A stretch of 64,000 nt of DNA from the human T2T-CHM13v2.0 reference genome, Homo sapiens (GCF_009914755.1 NC_060925.1); one strand, 5' to 3'; positions 47,043 through 63,040 are shown, numbered from the stretch's first letter. Made by a program: numbers and translations. The notes: generated by a model not told the origin, from the sequence alone.

Positions 47043-48712
47043 CTTTAAAGTGAAAAACTGTTTGAAGATGATCTTAATGACCCACTATCAGCATGGTGAG
47101 ATTCCTCTGTCAGGCCACCACTGGGTGTTTATCTACGTGTGTGTTTCTGGGGGCTGGTTCCATTAGGCTGAAATGAGCTGGGAATTTAGCTTCTCAAGGG
47201 CCAATGCCAGTCATCTGACTTAGAACACCTGGGTACCTTGCCAACTTCCATCTGCTTCTCTGATATTATTTGTCAGCAATCTTTCAAAAATAATATTAGA
47301 CAGCACCAGCAATAAAACAGATACTTTCTGCATGAGTGTGTTGGGAGCAGAAAATGAGCCAATTAAGCATTCTGTTTTCTGATGCATGTGAAACATTTGT
47401 ACACATGGATGGATCTTTTGAAATTTGAGATTTGCTATTCTTTACAATAAAATTTAAGCTGAAGTCTCTCAGGGCTGGAGCCTAGATTTTTAAATTATTT
47501 GCATTTTTTTTTTAGAGTGAAACTCTATAGTAAGTGAAATTGGCCATATATTTTAAAATGCATGAACATAACAAAGTTAGTCATTGAAAAGCAGGCAAAA
47601 TCTAGCATGTATGTTTTTCTTTGGATATGTTACGTCATTGAGTCATGTAATGAGTATTTAAGAAAACAAAACAGTTCTCTGGAATGCCTGAATTCTATGT
47701 TGGCAATTGGGTACAATAAAGCATTTGCAATTCTAGTGACAAATTGTACTGCAGTGCAGAAGGTCTCATCGAGCTTAGATCATTCGTTGCCTTACATATT
47801 GGTTCAGAGATGAGAAAATAAAAACATCAGAGTGAATTCACTAGGTTCTAGGGTTTCAGGTTCAATCTCTGTACAGAAAGACTTAACAAGAAAATCAGTA
47901 GTCACCAGAGATTATACTTGGCATTAGATTACACGAGATGAAGTTAAATGCTTTTGTTTGGGTTTGAATGAAAATATGCTGACAAATAATGAAGCAACAA
48001 ATAAACAAACAAAAGCAACCTCTTCACTGCAGATGGGCTATTAACACTTAGCATTCTAAGCTCACCCATAAAAGCTGTAACCAAAGCTTTTTTATTTGAT
48101 TTTGAAAGCCGTGCTTTGTTGAATATTTGATGAAACCGACTGCAGAGATCTGCAGTGATGTTCTTGGTGAATCCCTGTTGGCAGCTTTAGGAGTCTGTCC
48201 TTTTGGAGATTTCCAGGGGTTGATTCTCATTCTGGGGAAGAGGGGAAAAAAAGCACAGTGATTACAATCAAAGGAGTAGGCACCAGAATGATATGAAACA
48301 CTCAGAATTTTCTGCCTTTTGATAAAAATTTCACATACTGGCTAGATAGAGCGATAGTTATCACATCAAATAGAGTAACGGTCCCACTCTTCTTAGAGGG
48401 CCAAGAACTATTCAACAGCTCACCTCAGTAAGGGCTGTTTTGCTGAGTAGTATCTCTGGGAATGATGGTGAGGCTATCCTTTCGTTTGCAATAACTTTTA
48501 GACTCGGTGAATATAATAGCATGATCATTCTTGCCTATAGAACAGAGAGGTAAGCAAAGCAGCTGTCAAATAGTAGTTTTCTCTAAATTAGGGAATAAAT
48601 ATAGTTCTTTAAAAAATTTTTTTGGAAGTTGATATTTCAAAATATGTAGTATGTGAAATTGAGTAATGTGATATTATATGAAACTGAACTGATGTCTGAT
48701 TGATCCACCTCC

Positions 48713-48744
<32 letters not shown>

Positions 48745-48891
48745 AGATGAGGTCTTGCTGTGTCACCCAGGCTGGACTGCAGTGGCTGTTTACAGATATG
48801 CTTATAGCAGCCTTGAACTCCCAGGCTCAAGTGATCCTCTTGTCTCGGCTTTCAGAGTAGCTGGGACAATAGGCACATGCCACTATGCCAG
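48713..48891 (-). mobile_element. FAM (fossil Alu monomer)
   Basis: GCAGTGGCTGTTTACAG segment is characteristic of FAM/7SL rather than FRAM. Confidence 0.75.
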
Positions 48892-50262
48892 TCCATAAGT
48901 AGAGTTATGTGAAGTCAGTTTAGACAAGAAAGTTCTTTAAAAATTTGCATGTTAGGAGCCTAGTCAGGAAATAAGCTGAATTTCTGTTTCTTAAAGCAAA
49001 CCCCAAACAACAACAATTCCTTCTTTTCCTGGATACTTACCAAGCCAAAGAGAAACGGATTCATTGAGATACTGATCTCAGGAGAACAGTAATCCTGGAG
49101 CTTGGGCTATCACAGTGTGTCTTGGAAAAGGCCTGTAGTGGCACACAATTCATCTGTAATTGGGATTAGTAGCCCTGGCCAGCTGTAGAGTGGAGGACAA
49201 ATGTTGGCTTCATTCCATGTCAGTGTCCTTCTTAGATTCCTGGGCATTAATCGTTAAATGTTGTTAGGAATGAAGCTTAAAGAAAAGCAAGTTTGAACTT
49301 CTTCATGCAGGGGGTGCTGGGTTGGGGGAGAGATGGAGAGAGACACTGGTTTAGAAACTTCATATTAGAATTTTTGATGCCATACTTTTGCTTTGGGTCA
49401 TTTATTTGATGGCTATAAACTTTGATTGATGGTTTCTATCTTCTCATAACTCTGCTCATTGAAGGTGGAGTCTTCTATTTCTTAAGAGGACTGATTACCA
49501 GGTTGATAGATTTCCAAGCCTTCTGTTGTTCTATACTCTCTCTTTTCCTGCCTTTCGCCGAGAGGAATATCCGTGTTTCCTGAGGATGGGGGTGAAAAAA
49601 TGTCTATCCAATAATGCTTGAATTATAATTTTGGTGACAAAAGTTTTCTTTTGGGGAGGGGGAAGGAATTTAGAATGTTTAGATTTCACTTTTCTCTGTT
49701 CTTGCTAAATGTGTGTGCGGCATAAAGAACAGAGCTGATGGCTGTCAGTTATACGCCGCTTTCAGATGTCGAATGCTCTACATTGTCTGTAGACTTAATT
49801 TGATGGTCAAATGTAGTTTTGCCTTTTGATATTTTAGGCATTGACTTAAATATACTAGGAATATTTAAGTCTATCCGAGTCTTTCCTCCCCATGGGATCC
49901 AGGCCATTTGAAACAATATGGTTATTGGTGCTCTGTTTTTGTTTTATTCTTCGTAGTCAACCAAAAAGAACAGAGTTGATTACATGTTTCATTTGGGATA
50001 TTTATTAATGACAATTGCTTTCATCTTTAGATCTTCCATAATCAGAATAGGAAATTTAAATACCTTGGGTATGTCATGGTTATTTCACTTTTTAAAAATA
50101 GGGATACAATGAGATGTTTGTAATTATATAAAATACTAAATTGTTATTAAATTTTAGTTAGTGTCAACATGTATTCATCATTTTCTAAATGTCATCTAAT
50201 CAGACTCTAATTTACTTTCCCCCAAATATCAAGAGATCATTCTGAATTTGTCTTGCTCATGA

Positions 50263-50625
<363 letters not shown>

Positions 50626-50949
50626 TAATTTCTTGCTGGGCTTTTAAAATAAATACGGCTGAAATTTTACATTCACATTTCTAAATACATAACATACATG
50701 AAATACTTTAAACAAAAAATGATAAAGTAAGCAGACTTGCTTGGCGCTCTAGAAATAATTATACTATTTGTATCTAAATAGGTTTCTGTTGTATGGATAA
50801 TTCATGTATTATAGGCATGATAACCTGTTTACAGAAAATTCTAAGCATGTGGATCTCCTATCTTTTATGATTTTTTCGTGTAAAAGTTTCCTTTAAAATC
50901 AGCTGTTTTATATTGATTTAACTCAGTTTGGGCATCTCTTTTTCATCCT

Positions 50950-51420
50950 TTATTCATTCATTGAGTGCTTTTTGTGGAAAGTTGTTATTATAGGTGCTGG
51001 GGATTCAATGGTGAACAAAGTAGATAAATGTCTTTCTCCCTTGAAGTTTATTTTGGAAGATGGAGGGATTCTGGCAATAGAATAAGCAAACAAGGTATTT
51101 GCAGGCAGCATTTTGTTGTAAAGAAAAAAAAGAAAAACACATGGTAATAGGAAGAGAGCAACATGGAATTTGGGAGTAAAAAGGAGGAAAAGGTGGGTTA
51201 ATCCAGTTCTCCTTTTCTGTGGATGTGCCATTTGGTTTGAGTCATAATGATGAAAAGGAGCCTGCCCTGGAAACTTCTAGGGGGAGAGCATTCAAAGCAG
51301 AGAAGCAGCAAGTGCCAGGCTCTTAGGCAGCAGGAAGCTCCACATGTTTGAAGGCATCGGGAGGGAGTCTGCATATCCACTGTAGAAGGTGGAAGGGAGA
51401 GGAGGCGGGTTCGGAATGAG
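50950..51420 (-). mobile_element. L2 3' end
   Basis: ATTCATTCATTGAGTGC, TAGGTGCTGGGGATTCAATGGTGAACAA, GGGGAGAGCATTCAAAGCAGAG..CAGCAAGTGC. Confidence 0.8.
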
Positions 51421-52016
51421 GACTTGAACGATGATAACACTGAGAGCTGTGACCCTCCTCCGTCTCTGCCAGGTGGTCTGGGTAACGGCAGGTGCTAACA
51501 GAAGACTGGCTAATTATAAAATACGACTAAGCGGAAACAGCTTTGTAGCTTAAAAAAAGTATGTATTTCATTTCACTCTCATCACAAGTCTTTGTTTTGT
51601 TTTAAATCTTTGCAATAAATATTTGTTAAAGTGCCTCATGAGGATACAAGAAAGAAATTTGGAAACAGAAGAGGTTATTATCCTGCAGATATAGAAGATC
51701 TTTCATGAAGACATTGAGGAGGAAGATATGACCTATACTCAGCTATTGTGTTGTGGGGCTGGAGGAAGACATGGCTGGTGCAAAACACAGAACGTGTCTG
51801 AGCTTAGAGGTGGTTCTGGAAAACAGAATATGTGTAGGTGTAGGTTTCTGTTTAGGTGTCGGTGGAGAAGTAAGTGTAGGCATCTGCGTGACACCAGTGA
51901 TTTTCAGTCTGGGTTCTGAGTAGTTCTAGTTCTTGGAGGTTCCAGGAGGGATATTGTTTATGGTAAAGGGGAGGATGAGGCCAGCTGGGTGACTTCTCTT
52001 GAAAATAGATTCTCCC

Positions 52017-52262
<246 letters not shown>

Positions 52263-54289
52263 TTAAAAAAAAATATTTAAAGTACTCTGCTTTAAAATGT
52301 CAGTAACAGTATACCTTTTGACATGTAGTAGTTGCTAAATGATTGATACAGATACTGATGTTTTTGGAGGTAGAGGACTTTCTCATTCTAAACCCTGTTT
52401 GCCATACATCTAGAACTCACTAAGCCTGTCCTGTTGATGATCACCTCTAGAGGAAATACAGGTGCCAATATGAATAACGGAATCAGAATGCCTTTGATTT
52501 ATTTAATCTCACTTCTGTATACTCATTTCCTTACTATGTGTTAGAAACCCTCTCAGCCCAGTGTCTTAGGTAACCGTTCTGTTGAAATTTTGGCTGATCG
52601 CCACTTGTACTATCAAAATATTAATCACATCTTATCTAGAAACAAACAAAAATCTCTGAGACTCCTCTGGAAGCCATTATTCAAAACCTAATTTCCTCAG
52701 GCTTCTCTAATTATGCAGTGCAGTGGGTTAGAAAAAGGCTTCCATAGCTTCATCTGCGTCTGCCTCATTGCTTCCTATTTTTGCCACACACCCAGTGAGT
52801 AATGGTATGGCTTTGCTTCCCAAACAGGTTAAAGATTATGAAGCTCTGTGCTATCATAAGGAGGTTTTCAATGGGAATATCTGCTTTTACCCACCGGTCT
52901 TTCTGTTTTGCCCCCAAGAGGTTAAAAGCAGTTTTCATTCTCATCCATTTTGTGTTTCCTGGATGTTGGCCCAATTTGCCTTAACATCCGTGTCTGCTAA
53001 GCAGCAAGTCAGCTTAGCTTGGCTGTGCCCTTACAAATATGCATATGTTTGAGAAGAGAGGAGGAAATTAATCAGAGCCCCTGGCTTAAATGATCTCCAT
53101 TCTTACTAGCACTATCGGGATGTAATGAAATCATGGTTTAATTCTTTCTGTTAGGGAAATCTTATTCCTTTTTAACCAAGTTCTTAATGTATGGTCATAC
53201 AAGGTGAATTTAATCAGTAAGCAGTTTCATTAGACTTTGAATGTTGTTTGCTGTTGGGTAGGTGAAGCTCATTATGCTTCCTAGGCTTGGATCCAGACAG
53301 ACAAGGTTTTATCATTAACCTAGTTTTCATCAAGGGAACAGTGTGCAAACTGGGTACCACCTGTGAGAAGCATCATTTAAGAGGCCAGAGGTGAGATCCT
53401 AGAAAATTATGTCACCTTGCTTGTTTACAGGCCATTGTACAGAAAAAACAAAAAAGCTGATAATTTAAAAACGGCTATTTTTGATCTTAAATACCTGTTT
53501 GATTTTTTTTTTTAATGAGGAAAGGCAGTGCTCCAATGAGAACATTCTCACAGGCAGGTAACAGAATAGCACACTTTTATTAGGAGGGGTAAAAAGAGAT
53601 GCAGAAAGCAAGGAAATCTTTTTAGAAATGTATTAAATACTAAATTTTCTTTTGCTGTAGGTTGTTTCTGGCAAAACCGGAGTTTTATTGATGGACTTCC
53701 TTTATGTACTCACTCTGCGTTAGCATGTTGGAGACATAGGATTTGCTGGCATCATCTGGTTATGAATGTGACTGTGGGGCCCCTGGGAGGTTCCCAAGGT
53801 TCTGGTTGGTGGTTCGAGTCAGGACTCAGGTTTTCCTGTCTCTGGAACAGTCGTTTGTGTTATACCAGGCCATAGGCACAGAATGGTGAGTGGATTTCTA
53901 TCCTAGGAGAGGTCCTTTGCTGTGTTCAAGTACTTGGGATATCGAATGACAGAACTTGTTTTTAGAGAGATGACAGCAATAAGCCTGCTAGTATGAGCTG
54001 TTGGCAATCATATAGCCCATTTAACCCTTATGATAACTGTTAAGGTTGTTATTATTATTACTAATACTACAAAAGCATGTTGACTTAAATTTGCAGATGA
54101 GGAAAAAGAGGTTCAGAAAGATGAATCTGCAACCCAGGTGCCTTGATATAGATGCTGTAGATACGACAAACTACTCTTTTTTTTTTTTTATCAGCTTATT
54201 GCATCCAGACAGGGTTTGAAATGGCTCTGAAAACAAAAAAGGAAGCAAGAACCCAGTAGTTGTGTGTTTTCCTGCTTCTACTGGGGTTT

Positions 54290-54515
54290 GAAATTGAAGA
54301 CAATTGGTTTGAGTCCTAGCACTGTTCCTCATTAGCTGTATGCCTTGGGCAAATTACTTAATCTCTCCAAACCTTTATTTCCTCCTTTGTAAACTGAGGA
54401 CAGTAATAGAATAGAATCCATCTCACTGGGTTGTGGAGAGAATTACAGGACTCCTACACTTGAAAAGTGGTCGGAAGGGCACCTGCACAAGGTCAGCTGT
54501 TTGTGATTGTTAGTA
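54290..54515 (+). mobile_element. MIR SINE
   Basis: TAGCTGTATGCCTTGGGCAAATTACTTAATCTCTC..GGGTTGTGGAGAGAATTA. Confidence 0.8.
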
Positions 54516-54777
54516 ATATTGAGATTGCTTTGAGAATACACACTCTGACAATAAACTGAGGATGCTTGTTGGAAAGAGTAGCTGGGTCAGGTGAGTCTTT
54601 CACCTTGGAGTGACTGATCTCTTTCTCTGCATGTTAAGTTTTCTACACACCGCAAATACCTGTCTATACACGCACACAGTTTATATGTGTGATTCTTAAT
54701 TGCTTGGTAGGCATTATAAAAGGGGACAAGAGCATTAAAAGAGAGTTTGACTTTCATGATAAAAGATTAAGAGTGTT

Positions 54778-55089
<312 letters not shown>

Positions 55090-56832
55090 TTAATTTAAAA
55101 GAGATTGTTTCAAGGATGCTTAGTTATGTTGGAGTATTCAACATTATGAGAATTTTTTAAAAGTTTCATTTTTCTTCATTCAATCTAGTTTAATATTTAA
55201 ACAGAAGGTGTATAGTGAGGTTAGAGGATGGTGCGTTTATAATAAATCGGTGTGGCAGAGTTTTCCTTAAGTATCTTGAGTTTGAATCTGTCTTTAGATT
55301 AGTGGCAACATTAAAGAAATAGTAAATAACCAGTCTGTTCTTACTAATGTCACCCTGGCTTATATCCTCTTACATGACCTGGTTTCCTGCTGTGCTAGAG
55401 CATCATCCTTAGTCCTTTCCTCCTAAAGTAGGCACTGTTTGAAATGAACTTTGATTTCAAATGCACCTGCTCTCTATTGATGTTGGCCATTTGCATTTAT
55501 GAATCTTCCTCCCTCACTGTTCACCCACTACCCCAACCCCTGACCTCTCTTTTCATCTGGCCCTTCCCTACCTATGATAACACTCAATGGAGTGAGTGGC
55601 CATTGCCTACTTGGTTTTTGTTTCCCCTTAGACCTAATCTGAGATTTGCCAATCTCATGTTCTAATATCCCGACTGCTTTTTCAAATAGGAGTTAGCAGA
55701 GTATGGTGACTCCATTTTAATTTGTGCTGAATATTTAGGAGTAAACTCATAATAGGCCTATTCTGGACTCTGCTGTTAGAAATACTCCAACAATGACACA
55801 GGATCAGGAATCAATAGTATTTGTCAAGTATTTCCATTTCTAGCAAGGGAAAAATGATCTATTAAATATACTCCACATTAACAAAAAAGTCCCTGATTTA
55901 TGTATGTTGATCAATGAAGGTTAAAAAACACTGTTAACTAAGGTTTTCTATTTGCAGTGTTTTCTGACAAATATTTTTCCTCCAGATTTTAAGTGTGTTA
56001 TTATGAGTCAACCTTTATGTTTGTAAAGCCTTAGTCTTGTTAATAATGTATAACTTCCAAATGAATCATATACTTATGCATAGCACTTGAATATGCAGAT
56101 TTTATAATACAATCTGAAGGCTCATATTTTTCTGTTTATTTTTAAAATGTTAAGTCTCATTAGCATTATATTTTACAGATATATTATGTACCATATAACC
56201 TCTACAAATCACAGTCAATCTGGATAGTGTCCCCTTAGGGCACCTTAATTATATGCTGTAGTTCTAGAATTCTTTTATGTGGTTTTTTAGAGATAATTTC
56301 TCCTCTTTATTTTCCTTATGAGGCATCTTAAAATAGCAAAAAATGGTTGCTTTGGAACCTACTGTTATAGATGCCAGTCTTCTGGAAGTGTTTCCAGATT
56401 TTTTTTTCTTTTTTGGCCTTTAGAACATTAAGTATTCTGTAGAGTTATGCCCATTATCCATAAATGATTTTTTTCAGTGTATGTCTGTCTCTATGTACCT
56501 ACCTATATGCTCATACTTGAATGTGTATATGTGCACCAATAACATACCTGAAAAATGGATGAGTTGTAATTGTTTTAGTAGAGATAACTGAACCATTGAT
56601 GTGAACTCTTTGGGATCTACAGCATCATCCTTAATGCCTGTGTCATACCTTGTATATCATTTTGAATGGCTTTTGGAGCTTAAAGTATCTCTGATTTCAA
56701 GCAGAGTGCCCTGCTAACCAAGACAGTCCCAGCCAGGACAATATCTACTGGGTTCCAGGTTCACTCTGGTCTTGTTCCTATATTCCTCATTTCCAGGCAG
56801 AAGGAACTATCACAGTCCTCTTTCCTGTCTCA

Positions 56833-57252
<420 letters not shown>

Positions 57253-59414
57253 TATATATATATATAAAAAATGAAATATATAAAAATATATATATAAATA
57301 TATATTTTTTATTAACTCTGGCACATAGCAAATATTATTTCACTTACATTCATGTTGTAGAATTTTCTCAGATAATTTTGTCTAATTACAACTGACAGCA
57401 CTTCCTAATTTACTTTAAAATATGCTATCATTTATAAACATGTATGGTTCTTATGAAAATCACAAAAATGGCCAAAAGATGATTTTACTGGGTTCTGGCA
57501 CTTTGTTGCACTGAATAGCCTTTGAAATAAATAAACCCTTGGTTTTGACTTGAAAGTTTTATTTATTTATTTATTTATTTTTTTAAAAAACACCTTTAAT
57601 ATCACAGATTTCCTTATAGCAATACATGAACTTTCTGATTTCTATTGACTTTTCTGATTTTGTTATCAAACTGTCAATACATTCTGTGCCTTGGCAACTA
57701 CATGTTCTTTAAAGAAGTAAAATGTTTAACATTTCAGGTGTTAAATTTTTGCTTGGGATCACAGTGAAAATACTGATATTTTGATACAGTTGGTAACCTT
57801 CCATTTGTGTTTTATTGCTGTGTGTCTGGTAAAGACGTTCTCTAAGTTTGTGTGAAAGTGTAGTAGAAGGTTCAGGAACATACAGTACTTCAAGAAAACT
57901 GTGTATCTACAACAAGTTAATATTGGGAAGAGATTAGTGTTTTGAGATGTTTATAGAGGAGGAAATTATATCTTGATATTTACTGAGATTACCAGTGCTT
58001 TTGCAAATAGAATAACTAGATCTTTTTGTAAACAAAAACGTTGACTTTAGTCTATGTTGTATTACTGTTGGAAATATTACCTCCTTATGAACCTCATAAG
58101 ACATGGAGCCTGGCTATGGTCACTGTTAGGAGTATTTTGCTGCTCTCTTGCTGGCAAAAATCTTTGCATGGGTCCTCCTTCTGGACTGGCTACTACACGA
58201 TCAAGTCAACTGTCTGCTTTGGAATGGCAATATGTCATGACATATCAAATTTTATCTTAAAACTTTTTTTAATTGTTAAACTTTACATATTTAAAATAAC
58301 ATTACAGATATGTAAATTATGAAAGCTAGTCATAAAATGAAAATGTAAGAGCACACTTCCCAATTTAAGAAGCATTACTAACTTTCAGTGGTTCTCTGTA
58401 AGCATTTTCCTGATCACAATTCCTACTTCCCAACTGATAATTCCTATCCTGAATTCTAGGCTTATTCTCTTGCTTTCCTATTTTTTAAAAACTGCATACG
58501 AGCATGTTACTTGCTTGTTTCTGAACTTTAAAATGATTTCACATACCATGTATGTATTCTATTGCAACCTGCTATTTTCACTTAGCATTACATTTCTAAA
58601 ATTGATCCACATTGATGTTTATAGCTATAGATCATTTATATTCACAAGTATACAGCACTCTATTTTGTAAATATGCAGCAGTTTATGTGAACTACTGTTG
58701 ATGGTCATTAGATTGTTTCTTTTAAAAACCATGCTGCTATGAACAATCTTGTATGTATCCTTCTAATGTACATGTACAAGAATTTCTTTAGGGTTTATAC
58801 CTAGAAGAGAAATTACTGAGCTGTAGAGTATGGGCATGCTCATTTTCACAAGATAATACCAAATTATTTTCCAGAGTTTTCAAAGAAACATATATAAATT
58901 TCTTATGTATGGAAAATATGTATTTTCCAGGCTAGCAAATACAGATTATAAGACAATGCCAAATGTCTTCCAGAGTTTTCCAATGCATGCTCTCAGTGAT
59001 AACATGTAAGAATTCTGGTTGTTCCACATCTTTGCCATCCTTGATATTGTCAGGCATTAATATTTTTGCTTATGTAATGGATGTAAAATAAAATCTTGGG
59101 GTTTTAATGAGCATTTCTCTGATTCCTAATGAGCTCAAATATCTTTTCATGTGGTTACTGGGTGTTTATCTTTCTTCTGGAAATGCTTCTCATTTGTCTA
59201 TTTGGTTGTCATTTTTGTTATTTTATTTATTCTAGATGCTGTCAGTGACATGTGCCAAGGACATCTTACTTCCTCTAATTTTTGGCTTGTCTTTTCCATT
59301 CTCTTTCCGGAGTTCTTTGAAAAGGCATTCTTATAGTAGGAGAATTTGTCTGTCATTTTTCTTTGTTGTTAAGGCTTTTTTGTTTTTGTAGTTAAGGCTC
59401 TTTTGTAGTTAAGG

Positions 59415-59417
<3 letters not shown>

Positions 59418-59464
<47 letters not shown>
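59418..59464. repeat. Perfect (TG)n microsatellite, about 23 units
   Basis: Read directly. Confidence 0.97.
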
Positions 59465-59466
<2 letters not shown>

Positions 59467-59537
59467 AAAAGAGATCCCTCTGTCTTCTAAGGTCATAGAG
59501 TTACAGCTTTAAAAATTTTCTCTTAGATGTCAAAGTT

Positions 59538-59813
59538 GGCTAGTTGCGGTGGCTCACACCTCTAATCCCAGTGCTTTGATCACTTAAGGCCAGGAGTTCA
59601 AGACCAGGCTGGGCAACATAGTGATACCCTGTCTCTACAAAAAAATATAAAAAATTATCTAGGCATGGTGGCTTGCACCTGTTGTCCCAGCTCCTTGGAC
59701 AGAGGTGGGAGGATTGCTTGAGCCCAGAGTTCAAAGCTGCAGTGAGCTATGATTACAACATTGTACTCTAGCCTGGGTGACACAGCGAGACCCTGTTTCA
59801 AAAAAAGAATAAA
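59538..59813 (+). mobile_element. AluJ with left-arm deletion
   Basis: GCTTTGATCACTT lacks the GGAGGCCGAGGCGGG segment; TSD TGTCAAAGTT. Confidence 0.9.
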
Positions 59814-60502
59814 GTGTCAAAGTTTTGCTTTCAACCTTTAGGTTCTTAATTCACCAAGAATTTCTAAATTTCCATTTATGTACTATGTGGTGTGAGATAG
59901 ATATATAATATTATTTTTTCAAAAAATATATAAACTACTATCCTAGCAGTGTTGATTAGGCTGTCTTTGACCATTGCCACCTTTGTTGTATGTGTGTTTC
60001 TGAGATCCCTATTTTGTTAAATTTGCTTATTTCTGTGCCAATGTCATCTTGCTGAATTATAATAGCTCTTATAATAAATGTGATAGCTTTTAGGGCAATC
60101 CTAGCTCTCTTCTTCTTTAGGAATGCCTTGAGTAGCAAATTTTATCTCTGCTGTATGGCTGGTACCAGAGAAACAGAAATAGAATTGGAGCTTCTATGTT
60201 GTTTCAGTCATCTTCAGAAATATTTCAGATATGAAGAGACATACTCTTAGAGCTTGTTGGACAAAGATTCATTAAAACCATGATCTGCTGATAAGGCCAA
60301 TTATATTGTGTTGAACTCAGTCTTTCTCATTATATTTCTTACAGGCAAACTTGAAGATTTACCAAGAAATTCAGAAGTTAGTATCAGATTTTACTTGGGA
60401 TCACCCCAGGAAATGCTTTATGTTTAGGAGACTAGGAATACCTTCAGAAGTCCTTGAGATTGTCTTCTAGAAATGGGGAGGGAGAAGGAAGCAGAGGAGA
60501 AG

Positions 60503-60625
60503 AACTGGTATTTATTGATGTCTATGAATACCAACTGTTCCACTGAACTCTTTATCTGCGTTATTTCATGTAATGCCCCAGCATCTCTGAGATGGAATTC
60601 TTCTTGTTTTATAGCTGATATGTGA
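60503..60625 (-). mobile_element. MIR fragment
   Basis: TATTTATTGATGTCTATG, TTATTTCATGTAATGCC, TGTTTTATAGCTGA. Confidence 0.55.
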
Positions 60626-61554
60626 TCTGGGCTACATACCGTCTCTCTGTATCCAGAATGTACATTCTTACCACCCATATACCAGCTGCCCACCAGCTGC
60701 GTTGCTGATGGTGCTCTGGGGCTAGCCAAGAGGAATGTCTGGAAGAGCTGAGGGTAGCCTTTTAGAGAGGAGATAACTTTCAGCAGATGATGCATCTGGA
60801 GAAGCGTGGGGGAATCTGCCGAGCTGAGTCTGAAGAACCTTGGCCATAGCCGGCAACATCTATTGTCTTTGCAGAGCTCTGTGCTGGGACTAAATTCTGC
60901 CTGATTGACCAAGAAAAAGCAAAAGAGGGTCAGCATGTCCTTTGTAAGCCGGAAGCGCAGAGCAAGGTTTCAGATTGGCAGTGGCTTTCTGATCAAATTT
61001 CAGGTCTTGACACAGCAAGTGATAAAGCTTTGACCCCTGGGTATATTGTTGATGGGAGACCCGACTTACTGAGCCATGTCCGTGTCGTCCTGTTGGTAAG
61101 GGCTGTTCAGGATCCTCAGTGATGAGAATTGGTTGTGAGTTAGAGCCTGGGACAATGGCCTGATGGGAAATGCTGCATTTGGTCCCCAGGTCAGGAAGGC
61201 GAGGCTCCTGGGGCTGGCTAGAGGACAGACAGGGGTGAGCACAGCTCAGGTGAGGAATGACAAGGGAAGATTCCACGCTGCCTATCCCTAGCCCTCAGAG
61301 CTTGCCTGTTCTCCCTCTCCTTTCAGCTGTGGACACTGGGCTGCTGGATGTGACTTGCATTTCACATTTTCCCAGTGATTTGGGCCTGATTTATCTCTTG
61401 ATTGCTCTCTGGTAACCGACTCTCCAGCCTCTTCATTTCCAGTACACAACTTGGCTTTATAGCCCTTGGACACTTTCCCAACTTTTGATCTTTCAGTGCA
61501 ACCCTTCTTTTTCTGCTTAGTCTTTCTGGTTGGCTCAGATTGAAAAAAACCCAA

Positions 61555-61945
61555 ATATATATATGTGTGTGTGTGTATATATGTATATATAAGTATATAT
61601 ATGTATATATGTATATATGTATATATGTATATGTGTATATATGTGTATATATGTATATGTATATGTGTATATATGTATACATGTGTATATATGTGTATAT
61701 ATGTATATATAAGTATATATACACATATATACATATACATAGATATATGCTATTATATAATAAATATTAATATGTTAATAGTAATATGCTAACATGAATT
61801 ATACCAATTATATAATAATTACTAATTTCAATCATGTAAATATATATCAATATTAATAAAATATATATTTATACTAATTAAATATATTTGATTATATAAT
61901 TATAACAATAAATATATAACTAATAATATACTAATTAATAAAAAT
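61555..61945. repeat. (TATATG)n-type satellite followed by AT-rich low complexity
   Basis: Read directly; source of the Y/I/H/T-rich ORFs. Confidence 0.95.
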
Positions 61946-61951
61946 TGCTAA

Positions 61952-62480
<529 letters not shown>

Positions 62481-62549
62481 ATGCATGAGCTGTACTGTCA
62501 CTCAAGAGACAGACCAGCAGATGTAGAAACTGCTAGGGTGTGTCAGATG

Positions 62550-62596
62550 AGAGATGTTTTTGATGCTGTGACAGAGATGTTTTTGATGCTGGGGAC
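62550..62596. repeat. About 23-bp tandem duplication
   Basis: AGAGATGTTTTTGATGCTG twice. Confidence 0.9.
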
Positions 62597-63040
62597 AGCT
62601 GAGACTCTCATACATACAATTGGCTCTGGTATGCCTCAACTAGAAATAAAGCAGTACATAGGACACGAAACCCATCAGCCTCCACATCCTGTGAAAATCA
62701 CTGCTGCACAATGGCTGCTGAGTGTCTTAATAGGTCTAATGACTGTGCTGCATGAATGTAAAGTAGGTTCTGTATGCAAAGGGTTAAGAAACTGGATGAT
62801 ATAGTTAGTTTTGATATAAAAAGAAGGATTAATGATGACCGAATTTTTTTCAAATCTGCAATTCCTGTAACAGCTGATTAGTTCCGTGATGGTTAATCCA
62901 GACAGACTAGCGTCACAATCTGGCCATCAAAAAGCAGTGACTCACCATTGCCAGAACGAGTACGTGTTAAATTGAATTGCAGTCTGGTTGGAGGCAGCTG
63001 TGGTGTGGCTCAGCAAATGTGGTCTTACATTTCCTTTTAA

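Larger units (their letters stand above)
58260..60130 (-). mobile_element. L1ME ORF2 end / 3' UTR fragments
   Basis: TATACCTAGAAGAGAAATTACTGAG, GTTCCACATCTTTGCCA, GCATTTCTCTGATT, TTCTGTGCCAAT. Confidence 0.75.

Noticed and set aside
61288-61792. Tyr/Ile/His/Thr-rich ORFs (also 29429-29694 and 10441-10798)
   Set aside because: Microsatellite translation artefacts
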